64,000 nt of DNA from an uncultured Candidatus Hydrogenedens sp. (GTDB lineage: Bacteria; Desulfobacterota_D; UBA1144): NCBI GenBank assembly GCA_902609885.1, contig CACLTT010000005.1, forward strand, positions 15,476 to 79,475, in the 5' to 3' direction. Under the pieces are notes generated by a model, which saw nothing but the letters and a program-made list of their open reading frames with translations, was not told the DNA's origin and searched no databases. Both the position numbers and the translations under genes were made by a program. How positions within the stretch are numbered: position 1 is the first letter of the stretch; every line of letters starts with the position of its first letter. Shown in pieces: positions 21,192 to 29,574 of this stretch.

Positions 21192-22102
21192 ATAATTGCG
21201 CCTACCCTTAGCTTTGCACTTCTTGAATTTGGATTGGCTGATATTTCTTCTTGAGTTGGTCTAATAGGTTTTTTTGTTAAAATTTTTAGAATAGATTTTT
21301 TTTTGCAATCGCAGATTAGTTTTGTAGATTCACAGATACAATTTTTTTCACAGTATTTCATAAAATTTTTAACAATTCTGTCCTCTAGTGAATGAAAAGA
21401 AATTATTATTAATTTTCCTCCAGAATTTAGAATTTCAATTGATTTATCTAAAAATTCTTTTAAGCATTCCAATTCATTATTGACTTCAATTCGCAGTGCC
21501 ATGAAAGTTCTTGTTGAGGAATTCAGTCTTCCACCTTTAGGCGATAGGGTGCTTATTAAATCAGAAAGTTCTTTGCATGAATAGATATTTTTTCTTTCCC
21601 TGTGCTTACATATATGATTTGCAATCTTATAATGATTTTTCTCTTCACCATATTCCTTTAAAATTTCTGATAACTTATTCACTGAGTATGAGTTAACTAT
21701 TTGATATGCATCCAAAATCTGAGATTTATCCATCCTCATGTCTAGTTTATTTTCACTATTAAAACTAAATCCTCGATCCATATTCATTATTTGATAACTA
21801 GATATACCAAGATCAGCAATCACATAATCAACTTTTTCATCAATGTGGGATTTAACATTTTTAAAATTATCATTTATAAACTTTATTTTTTTTGAATATT
21901 TTTCTAACCTTTCTTTTGCTATAGAAATACTATATTTGTCTTGGTCAATACAATAAACATTAGATACTGATTTTTTATTATTCAATATAGATAGCGTATG
22001 ACCCCCCAGACCTAAAGTAGCATCTAAAATTATAGATGGTTTTGTATCATCGACATATGATAAAACTTCTTCTTCTAACACCGAAAAATGATTATATTTC
22101 AT
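21188..22102 (-). CDS. rsmH: 16S rRNA (cytosine1402-N4)-methyltransferase
   Basis: 304 aa. SAM-methyltransferase motifs DATLGLGGHT and ADLGISSYQ. It follows mraZ. Confidence 0.93.
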   Translation of the reverse strand: MKYNHFSVLEEEVLSYVDDTKPSIILDATLGLGGHTLSILNNKKSVSNVYCIDQDKYSISIAKERLEKYSKKIKFINDNFKNVKSHIDEKVDYVIADLGISSYQIMNMDRGFSFNSENKLDMRMDKSQILDAYQIVNSYSVNKLSEILKEYGEEKNHYKIANHICKHRERKNIYSCKELSDLISTLSPKGGRLNSSTRTFMALRIEVNNELECLKEFLDKSIEILNSGGKLIIISFHSLEDRIVKNFMKYCEKNCICESTKLICDCKKKSILKILTKKPIRPTQEEISANPNSRSAKLRVGAII

Positions 22103-22529
22103 CTATTTGATCTCTACTTTTTTGAAATTTTTTAAAACCTGATTCTCTATTTTTTTCCCATAACTTTTCATCCCATATTTCAAATCTTGTTAAGATTCCA
22201 ACAAAAACAACACTTTTCTTAAAATTTAAATTTTTTCTTAATACAGGAGATATATTAATTCTACCTTCACTATCTAGTTGGCATTCGCTAGCATTTCCAA
22301 TTAAATATCTTTCAAAATCAACAGTTTCTTTTTTAAATGAGGGTAGGTCTAGCATTTTAGACTCCAATTTTTCCCATTCTATTTTCGGATAAGCCAAAAG
22401 ACAGTTTTCGAACATTGAAACAATAATTGTATTAGAAGAATATTTTACATTTAATAGTTCTCTAAATTTTGCTGGGATACTAACTCTCCCATTATCTGAT
22501 ATTGAGTGAACATATTGTCCTCTGAACAC
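22092..22529 (-). CDS. mraZ: division/cell wall cluster transcriptional regulator MraZ
   Basis: 145 aa. GTG start preceded by AGGAG (22536-22540). MFRG N-terminus and two SpoVT/AbrB-like repeats (DNGRVSIPAKFR and SEGRINISPVLR). Confidence 0.93.
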   Translation of the reverse strand: MFRGQYVHSISDNGRVSIPAKFRELLNVKYSSNTIIVSMFENCLLAYPKIEWEKLESKMLDLPSFKKETVDFERYLIGNASECQLDSEGRINISPVLRKNLNFKKSVVFVGILTRFEIWDEKLWEKNRESGFKKFQKSRDQIDEI

Positions 22530-22543
22530 TTTTAACTCCTATA

Positions 22544-22568
22544 TGCCAAAATATGACAAAATCTGCCT
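22544..22568 (-). promoter_or_regulatory. three 10-bp-phased direct repeats in the mraZ leader (candidate MraZ operator)
   Basis: The plus strand reads ATATGCCAAA|ATATGACAAA|ATCTGCCTTA (22541-22570). On the gene strand the cores are AGGCA, TGTCA and TGGCA, spaced exactly 10 bp apart, between the predicted -10 and the RBS. Confidence 0.45.
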
Positions 22569-22575
22569 TAAGACA

Positions 22576-22604
22576 ATTTTAAGAAAAATATTTAATAAAG
22601 TCAA
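22576..22604 (-). promoter_or_regulatory. sigma70-type promoter of the dcw cluster (Pmra-like)
   Basis: The minus strand reads TTGACT (22604-22599), a 17-nt spacer, then TAAAAT (22581-22576). This lies about 50 nt upstream of the mraZ GTG. Confidence 0.5.
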
Positions 22605-22626
22605 TAAGATAAGATAGTATTTTATA

Positions 22627-22869
22627 GTGCCACACATAAAAATTGAATTGGAGCATAGGAGAAATATCGTTTTGTTTAATTATCTCTATTCTTTATATCA
22701 ACATCTTGGATGGCCAAGAGCATCAAAATACAAAAAATCAGAAATTACTATTTATACAACAAAAGATTTATTAAAAGAAAATATAAAAATCCTTAATATG
22801 ATTTCTGAGGAGATTTGCTTTAAAATATCTGGATATTCAACAAGTCAAAAAAAAACTATTCCTGATTAA
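22627..22869 (+). CDS. hypothetical 80-aa protein (doubtful)
   Basis: It is the only ORF in an otherwise unassigned ~250-nt spacer. It has a GTG start with no SD, shows no recognisable motif, and its 3' end overlaps the convergent MBL gene by 14 nt. Confidence 0.25.
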   Translation: MPHIKIELEHRRNIVLFNYLYSLYQHLGWPRASKYKKSEITIYTTKDLLKENIKILNMISEEICFKISGYSTSQKKTIPD

Positions 22870-23773
22870 CTAAATGAATAAATCCAGTAATACTTCCAAC
22901 AAGAGCTTTTCTTAATCCACCAAAATTCTTGCTTTCTTTAAATAGTCTTGCAGACTCGATATCCACTCCTGAGAGCTCTATAGCAATTTCTTCTTCCTCA
23001 ACAATTCCCTTATTAATACAATCCTTAACACATATTTGCCAAGCTTTTAATTGATCAATATGTTTTCTAAGTAGCCCTTCAGCATTGGGTCTTATGGCAT
23101 GATGAGCAAATGCTAGTTTTTCAGGATTTTGTTTAATCATTAAATTAATAGATTCTATACCCGAGTCTATCCTATAGGGGTGGGGGGTAGTAGGAACCAA
23201 AGCTTCATTTAAACTAGGTATATACATTCCAACTGAATCGCCACAGAACATTATTTTGTTTTTTAACATCATAAAGCTAAAATGGTGACTTGCGTGACCT
23301 GGTGTCTCATACCAAATAAAATCACTACCATTAACATTAATTTCAAAAGATTTCTCATTTATTGCTATAATATTTTCTTCCATAACTGGATCTGGTTTCT
23401 CATACATTTCCGCAACCCATCCAAGTGTATCAATAGACGATTTCCATAAAACTTTATCAGGATCTATTAAATGCGGCTTACCGCGTCTATGAACTAAAAC
23501 CATGGTATTTGGAAAATTTTTTAGTAAAGTTCCAAGACCACCCGAATGATCTAAATGAATATGAGTTAAAAAAACATATTTTAGATTATCTTTAGTTACT
23601 CCTAAAAAGGAAAGCTGTCTTTCAAGTTCAGGAATCCCACATTTTGGCCCAACATCAACGATAATATATTCACCTCCAACTTTAATAAGATAAGGTGCTA
23701 TGAATTCCATCTCATTATCAACTTTTAAATCTAATTGCCATATTTCCTCTTCCAAGTGTTTAATATTTTCCAT
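22856..23773 (-). CDS. MBL-fold metallo-hydrolase
   Basis: 305 aa with the HxHxDH motif THIHLDHSGG and downstream His and Asp ligands (TPGHASHH, CGDS). Confidence 0.8.
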   Translation of the reverse strand: MENIKHLEEEIWQLDLKVDNEMEFIAPYLIKVGGEYIIVDVGPKCGIPELERQLSFLGVTKDNLKYVFLTHIHLDHSGGLGTLLKNFPNTMVLVHRRGKPHLIDPDKVLWKSSIDTLGWVAEMYEKPDPVMEENIIAINEKSFEINVNGSDFIWYETPGHASHHFSFMMLKNKIMFCGDSVGMYIPSLNEALVPTTPHPYRIDSGIESINLMIKQNPEKLAFAHHAIRPNAEGLLRKHIDQLKAWQICVKDCINKGIVEEEEIAIELSGVDIESARLFKESKNFGGLRKALVGSITGFIHLVNQE

Positions 23774-23861
23774 TATTTTTATCCTCTAAAATTAAAAACC
23801 TTAACTTTTGTTAAGACTTATTGTTTAATTATATTAATTATAAGGTTAAAGGTAAACAAAA

Positions 23862-25379
23862 ATTAAAATTTTTTCTTCAACTATCAATATAGCAATTCTA
23901 ACTTTTATAAGTAGAATCTTTGGCTATGCAAGAGATTTAATAATTACCTTTTTTTTTGGCGCAACAAGTTTTACTGATGCGTTTTATGTAGCATTTAGAA
24001 TTCCAAATTTATTTAGAAGGCTATTAGCCGAGGGAACGCTAAGCTCTACACTTGTACCTTTTTTAAAAGATGAAATAATTGGTGCTAGTATTAGCTCATT
24101 TCAAAAATTTAGGAATGATATATTTAGCATAATAATATTGATACTCTCTGTAGTTAGCCTAGCCTTTTTTTATTTTTCAGAAGAATTGATCAGATTGTTT
24201 GCATTTGGGTTTACGGATGAGAAAATTCTCATCAGTTCAGAGTTACTAAAAATAATGTCTCCATTCATATTTTTTATTTCCTTATCAGCTTTTAATATGG
24301 GACTTCTGAATTCTAAGAGTAAGTTTTTTATTCCTGCCTTTTCTCCAACTATTTTTAATTTAGGTGTTATTCTAGCATTACTATCAAGTTTCTATTTATT
24401 TGATTTAACAATTATGAATCTCGCTTATGGGGTTATGTTTGGATCCATTTTACAATTTCTGTACCAGCTACCATATATTTATATAAATAACCTCGGTTAT
24501 AAACCTTCTTTTTCTAATATTCTCAACACTAAAACCATAAAGTTCTTATATATTGTGGGCCCACAAGTATTAGGGCTTGGAATTTATAATATAAATATTT
24601 TAATAAATACTCAATTTGCTTCTTTCATGGAAGATGGTGCAATTACATATCTCTATCTTTCCGAGAGATTACTAGAGTTTCCATTGGGGATTTTTGCTGT
24701 ATCTATAGCCATCACATCTTTAACTAAGTTTTCTGAATTTTCTTATAAAAACCATATAGAAAAAATTTCAGATTATTTAAATGAGAGAATGAAGTTTCTT
24801 TTTTATTTATTAACGCCATGTGCAATTATATTTATTTTTTGGGGATTAGATATTTGCAAGATTTTATTTGAAAGAGGGGAATTTTTATCATCTGATTCAA
24901 ATAATACTTCAAAAGCATTACTTGCATATTCCTCCGGATTAATCTTCATAGGCGGCGTAAGATTACTTACGCAAGTTTTTTTTGCAAACAAAAATACCAA
25001 AACCCCTTTTAAGCTTTCCTTATATAATTTATTCTGGAATATTATTTTTTGCTATTTATTTGCATTCAAATTAGATCTCGGGTTTGTGGGGCTTGCACTT
25101 GCATCCTCAGCATCCTCATTAGTATTATTCTTTTCTTTGTTTTACAATTTATCTAGCGAAAAAATTAATTTAAGCCTTAACAATTTGCTTGGTTATCTTT
25201 TAAAAATTCTTGCTTTATGTATTACAACTCTTTTTCTTATTGATTTATTTTTTAGTCTGATACCATGGGTTTTACTAAATGATTATGCAATTTTTGCAAA
25301 AATAATTATTTTTATATTACTTTATATTTTATTTTCATACATTTTTAAAATTTCGGAATTATACTTAATCAGGCAATAA
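23862..25379 (+). CDS. murJ: lipid II flippase MurJ (MviN); N-terminus extends upstream of the track ORF, probable ATT start
   Basis: The frame is open back to TAA at 23853-23855. It encodes IKIFSSTINIAILTFISRIFGYARDLIITFFFGATSFTDAFYVAFRIPNLFRRLLAEGTLSSTLVPF, the conserved MurJ N-terminus. No ATG, GTG or TTG occurs in frame before 24138. AAAGG lies 9 nt upstream of ATT at 23862. Confidence 0.85.
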   Translation: MKIFSSTINIAILTFISRIFGYARDLIITFFFGATSFTDAFYVAFRIPNLFRRLLAEGTLSSTLVPFLKDEIIGASISSFQKFRNDIFSIIILILSVVSLAFFYFSEELIRLFAFGFTDEKILISSELLKIMSPFIFFISLSAFNMGLLNSKSKFFIPAFSPTIFNLGVILALLSSFYLFDLTIMNLAYGVMFGSILQFLYQLPYIYINNLGYKPSFSNILNTKTIKFLYIVGPQVLGLGIYNINILINTQFASFMEDGAITYLYLSERLLEFPLGIFAVSIAITSLTKFSEFSYKNHIEKISDYLNERMKFLFYLLTPCAIIFIFWGLDICKILFERGEFLSSDSNNTSKALLAYSSGLIFIGGVRLLTQVFFANKNTKTPFKLSLYNLFWNIIFCYLFAFKLDLGFVGLALASSASSLVLFFSLFYNLSSEKINLSLNNLLGYLLKILALCITTLFLIDLFFSLIPWVLLNDYAIFAKIIIFILLYILFSYIFKISELYLIRQ

Positions 25380-25416
25380 AATTTTACATATTAGTAATTT
25401 GTTTTAATCTAGAAAT

Positions 25417-25845
25417 ATGAATGTGTTATTTATAAATGGACCAAATTTAAATATGTTGGGAACAAGAGAGAAAGATGTTTATGGAGACCTCACTCTAGAT
25501 AAAATAAATGAGCTAATAAAAAATAAAGGATTAGAAGTAAATATTAAAACAGATTTCTTTCAGTCAAATATTGAAGGCAATATAGTATCGAAGATACAAG
25601 AATCTTCCGAATATGATTATATTGTAATTAATCCTGCGGCTTTTACGCACACGAGTATAGCAATAAGGGACGCCCTGCTCTCTATAAATGCTAAATTTAT
25701 CGAGGTGCATTTGTCTAATATATATAGCAGAGAAGACTTTAGACAAAATTCCTATATCTCTTCAATAGCAATTGGTGTAATATCTGGATTTGGTTTTCAT
25801 GGATACATTCTAGCATTGGAATATTTGTCTTCTCTAAAAGATTAG
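25417..25845 (+). CDS. aroQ: type II 3-dehydroquinate dehydratase
   Basis: 142 aa with INGPNLNMLGTRE, INPAAFTHTS and HLSNI. Confidence 0.93.
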   Translation: MNVLFINGPNLNMLGTREKDVYGDLTLDKINELIKNKGLEVNIKTDFFQSNIEGNIVSKIQESSEYDYIVINPAAFTHTSIAIRDALLSINAKFIEVHLSNIYSREDFRQNSYISSIAIGVISGFGFHGYILALEYLSSLKD

Positions 25846-25847
25846 TA

Positions 25848-27542
25848 ATGAAAAAAAAATGGCATCTTAAAGAGATTGATAGCCTGACAATTGAAAAACT
25901 TAATTCAGAGCTAAATATAACAAGTCTGTTCTCAAGACTTTTGATTAATAGGGGTGTCTTGTGTCAAAAAGATGCCAAAGATTTCTTTCTACCAACTTTG
26001 GAAAAACTGCCAAATCCTAATTTAATGTATGGCATTAAAAAATCTGTTGAAAGAATTATTCAAGCAGTTGGCAAAAATGAAAAAATCGTGATCTATGGGG
26101 ATTTTGATTGCGATGGTATTACCTCGACTGCTATTCTATATAATTTTTTATTTTCTATAGGTGCAGATGTTAAAGCGTATAATCCTGATAGATTGGAGGA
26201 AGGTTATGGAATTAATTTTGATTCCATTGATAAATTAGTTTCAGAAGGATACAAGCTATTTATTACTACTGATTGTGGTATTAGCGAAAATCAAGTTATT
26301 GAGGATTCAAAAAAATTCAGCATAGATTTTATAATTACTGATCATCATACAATTCCAGAGAAATTACCTGATGCATATTCGATAATAAATCCTAAGCTAA
26401 AAGATTGTAAATACCCATTCAAGGAAATATGTGCTGCTGGAGTAGTGTTTAATTTAATTGTTGCACTTAGGTCCTCTTTAAGAGAGAATGGTTTTTTTAA
26501 TGATAAAATTGAGCCTAATTTAGCAAGATATCTAGATCTAGTTTCAATTGGAACAGTTGCTGATAGCATGCCTATAATTGGTGTAAACAGAATTTTTGTT
26601 TTTAATGGTTTAAAAGAAATTAAAAATACATCACGCAAGGGACTAAAGCATCTAATATCTAAGCAAAAAGAGAAATTTTCCATACGAGATATTTCATTTG
26701 ATATAGCGCCCAAAATAAATGCTGCTGGCAGAGTTGGTAAAGCATCTAACGCCGTAAGTCTTCTTACAAGCGATGACGATGTTGAAGTGGAGCGCCTAGC
26801 TGGGATTATCCAATCCAACAATCAAATCAGACAGCAAATACAAGAAAAAGTTTTCAATGAGGCTGAAAAACTAGCTGAAATAAAACTCCAAAAATATCCT
26901 GATAAATCTTCATTAGTTCTATTTTCTCAAGATTGGCACCCAGGCGTTTTGGGTATTATCGCCTCTAGAATTGTAAAAAAGTATGGGCTACCCAGTGTAA
27001 TACTTTCCTCAAAAGATTCTATAGCCAAAGGAAGTCTTAGGACGGCAAATGAATTAAATCTTTACAGAGTTCTAGAGCAATGTTCAAATATATTAATTCA
27101 ATTCGGTGGGCATAGTGCTGCAGCAGGCGTCACAATATATGAAGACAAAATCAAAGAGTTTGAGAATAAATTTGAATCTATAATATCAAACTATGATTTT
27201 GAAGCAGGAGAACCGCTTCAAATTGATTCATTAGTCAAATTCTCAGAAATAAATATAGACTTAATTTCTGATATCGAGAGAATGGAGCCTTTTGGAAAAG
27301 GAAATCCATATCCCATTTTTGTATCCAAGAATGTCAAAATAGAATCAACAAGAGTTTTGAAGGATAAGCATCTTGAGATGTATTTAAATCAAGATAATTA
27401 TAAAATGCGAGCTATTTGGTTTAATTTTAACAAATCTTCTTCAGACATGAAAAACATTGATATTGTTTTTACTCTTCAGCGAGATTCGTTCAGAGGAAAT
27501 AATAATATAAATTTAAATATTTTAGATATAGAATACTCTTGA
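25848..27542 (+). CDS. recJ: single-stranded-DNA-specific exonuclease RecJ
   Basis: 564 aa. DHH motifs DFDCDGITS and ITDHH, and DHHA1 motif GGHSAAAG. Confidence 0.93.
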   Translation: MKKKWHLKEIDSLTIEKLNSELNITSLFSRLLINRGVLCQKDAKDFFLPTLEKLPNPNLMYGIKKSVERIIQAVGKNEKIVIYGDFDCDGITSTAILYNFLFSIGADVKAYNPDRLEEGYGINFDSIDKLVSEGYKLFITTDCGISENQVIEDSKKFSIDFIITDHHTIPEKLPDAYSIINPKLKDCKYPFKEICAAGVVFNLIVALRSSLRENGFFNDKIEPNLARYLDLVSIGTVADSMPIIGVNRIFVFNGLKEIKNTSRKGLKHLISKQKEKFSIRDISFDIAPKINAAGRVGKASNAVSLLTSDDDVEVERLAGIIQSNNQIRQQIQEKVFNEAEKLAEIKLQKYPDKSSLVLFSQDWHPGVLGIIASRIVKKYGLPSVILSSKDSIAKGSLRTANELNLYRVLEQCSNILIQFGGHSAAAGVTIYEDKIKEFENKFESIISNYDFEAGEPLQIDSLVKFSEINIDLISDIERMEPFGKGNPYPIFVSKNVKIESTRVLKDKHLEMYLNQDNYKMRAIWFNFNKSSSDMKNIDIVFTLQRDSFRGNNNINLNILDIEYS

Positions 27543-27588
27543 CAATGATTACATTAAGCTACATAATCTCAGAAAAAAGGAGAAATAA

Positions 27589-28182
27589 ATGAAGGTTTTA
27601 AATTTTCTATTTTTTATTTTATTTATCGCGATGGTTTCAAATATTAACTTTGCTAAAGAGATTGATAATGAATATGGAAGCGAAACTCAAGTTGAAACTT
27701 TTACAACTGAGGATGAAGACATTGTGAAGAAAAAATTTAATTATAATGAAACTTATGGCCCTACTCCAATTTTTTCAATCGGCGGCGGACTTTCTATGAA
27801 CCCTGGAGGATATAGCTTAGATACTAAACTAGATATTCCTTATAAAGATGATTTGTATATTGGACCGCATATCTATTATGCAGATTCTGATGATGAAACC
27901 AATTTTGGTTTAACAGGAAATATAAAAAAAATACTTGAGTCTGAAGACCCCAAGATAATTCCTTCTGTTGAAGTCGGTGTCGGTATTTTAGTTAATGATT
28001 TAGAAAATAACAATGACGATAATAGTTCTTACTTCCTAATTCAACTTGGTGCAGGGGTAGACAGAGTAATTTCAGATAACATGAGCGTAGGAGTGCATTT
28101 ATATAATAACTATGGAACTGATTTTGATGATTCTACAAATCATTTAACATTAGTTGCAGGTATACAAATTAGATTATATTAA
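27589..28182 (+). CDS. small outer-membrane beta-barrel protein (unknown family)
   Basis: 197 aa. AAGGAG RBS and a signal peptide (..NINFA|KE). Gly/Asp/Tyr-rich with alternating strands, and a C-terminal aromatic residue (IQIRLY). Confidence 0.55.
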   Translation: MKVLNFLFFILFIAMVSNINFAKEIDNEYGSETQVETFTTEDEDIVKKKFNYNETYGPTPIFSIGGGLSMNPGGYSLDTKLDIPYKDDLYIGPHIYYADSDDETNFGLTGNIKKILESEDPKIIPSVEVGVGILVNDLENNNDDNSSYFLIQLGAGVDRVISDNMSVGVHLYNNYGTDFDDSTNHLTLVAGIQIRLY

Positions 28183-28206
28183 TAAAGCCCTTTAAGGGTG
28201 AATTAT

Positions 28207-29574
28207 ATGTCATCATCTAGTCCAAACAATATAATTATTTTAGGCTCAGGAGCTACAGGAGGATATTTAGCTCAGGAGTTATCTATCGAAAACAATGTCA
28301 CTCTTATAGACAAAGACATAAGTAAAATTAACCAACTTAAGAATAAAAATAGCATTGATATAATGGCTATATCTGGTGATGCAGCTGATTTAAAAACTTT
28401 TAATGAAATTGATTTAAATTCAATTAATTTTTTTATTGCTTGTACAGATGATGATCAATTGAATCTACTAATAGCGATGTATTTTGAAAAAATTCCTGGC
28501 ATACAAACAGTTGTAGTATTAAAAGAAAGTAAGTATAAAGATTATCCTGGAAGACTTGGTTTCCCTGAAATTAGGACATTTTATCCTGGAGATATTGTTT
28601 CAGAAAGGATTGTTAATTTATTTGAAACACCTTATTCGTGGGAAACAGATAAAATTGCTAATTCAAAAGCTTTATTTCTAAAAGTTAAAATTGATGAAAC
28701 GAGCGAGCTTGTAGGAAGATCTATTCATTCATTAAACAAAGATGGCAATAACAAGTGGAAGTTTATTGCGGTAACAGAGGATGCTCAAGCGGAGAAATTA
28801 AATTATGTTAAAACTGATAATACAACAATTAGATTAAAAGCAAATGATGTTGTACTAGTTTTATTAGTTGATGAATTCGAAAGGGAATTCGAAAAATTAT
28901 ATTTTGCTAAAGAAGATATAGATATAACAAATATATTTATTGTAGGGGAGTCATATATATCTGAAAATGTTGCAAAGAAGCTCATAAATAGAAAGTGTAA
29001 TGTTAAAATGTTAGTTTCAGATAAAGCTCGTGCTAGAGAATTGTCAGAATCTTTGAATGATGTTCAAATAATTTATGGTGAGCCAACAAATAAAGATTTA
29101 TATATTGAGCATGGAGTAAATGATGGATGTGATTATTTTTTAGCATTAACTGAAGATGATGAAATTAATGTTCTAAGCGCTTTGCTTTCAAATCAATTAA
29201 AAGCTAAAAATTCTTTAGTTGTATATTCTAAATCCGAATATCAAAATATTATAAACAGTATTGGTGCTGAGCGAGAGATTAATATCAAATATTCTGTAGC
29301 TGGCGAGATTAATTCTTATATAATGAGAAAAAAGTTTGCACATGAAACAATTATTGACGAAGATACAAAGATTTTTGAATTTAGATCAAAAAGAGCAATT
29401 TCTCTTAAGGATGAGCCTGAAAATATTGTTCTCGCAATGATTATCCGAGGTGAAGAGCTTGATTCTTTTATTACGGATCTTGACGATCGATTAATTTCTG
29501 AAAATGATTATGCAATTGTTGTGACCCTTGATCAAGATGCTGAAAAAAGGCTTGAATCTTTAATATTAGAATGA
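28207..29574 (+). CDS. trkA: Trk potassium uptake system NAD-binding protein TrkA
   Basis: About 455 aa with two tandem RCK halves that have Rossmann-type N-termini (IIILGSGATGGYLA and IFIVGESYISENVA). It is followed by trkH with a 4-nt overlap. I prefer ATG 28207 over GTG 28198. Confidence 0.88.
   Translation: MSSSSPNNIIILGSGATGGYLAQELSIENNVTLIDKDISKINQLKNKNSIDIMAISGDAADLKTFNEIDLNSINFFIACTDDDQLNLLIAMYFEKIPGIQTVVVLKESKYKDYPGRLGFPEIRTFYPGDIVSERIVNLFETPYSWETDKIANSKALFLKVKIDETSELVGRSIHSLNKDGNNKWKFIAVTEDAQAEKLNYVKTDNTTIRLKANDVVLVLLVDEFEREFEKLYFAKEDIDITNIFIVGESYISENVAKKLINRKCNVKMLVSDKARARELSESLNDVQIIYGEPTNKDLYIEHGVNDGCDYFLALTEDDEINVLSALLSNQLKAKNSLVVYSKSEYQNIINSIGAEREINIKYSVAGEINSYIMRKKFAHETIIDEDTKIFEFRSKRAISLKDEPENIVLAMIIRGEELDSFITDLDDRLISENDYAIVVTLDQDAEKRLESLILE

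Noticed and set aside
23800-23815. Palindrome CTTAAC-TTTT-GTTAAG in the divergent MBL/murJ spacer, which shares the TTAAC core with the Pho-like arrays
   Set aside because: It is a single inverted repeat rather than phased direct copies, with only a 6-bp stem. It could be an operator, but it cannot be distinguished from chance and does not fit the direct-repeat architecture.
26345-26821. 158-aa antisense ORF inside recJ; similar antisense ORFs at 6412-6852 in ftsZ, 9771-10136 in murB, 48425-48766 in purH, 43236-43565 in the FAD oxidase and 40026-40340 in phoR
   Set aside because: This is long for AT-rich DNA, but the frame is offset by one from the sense codons. Stops in it arise only at Tyr, His or Gln codons preceded by a pyrimidine-ending codon (T- or C-ending before Tyr, T-ending before His or Gln), and such combinations happen to be absent over this stretch of RecJ. 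There is no RBS and no recognisable domain. The others lie antisense to conserved genes in the relatively GC-richer segments.
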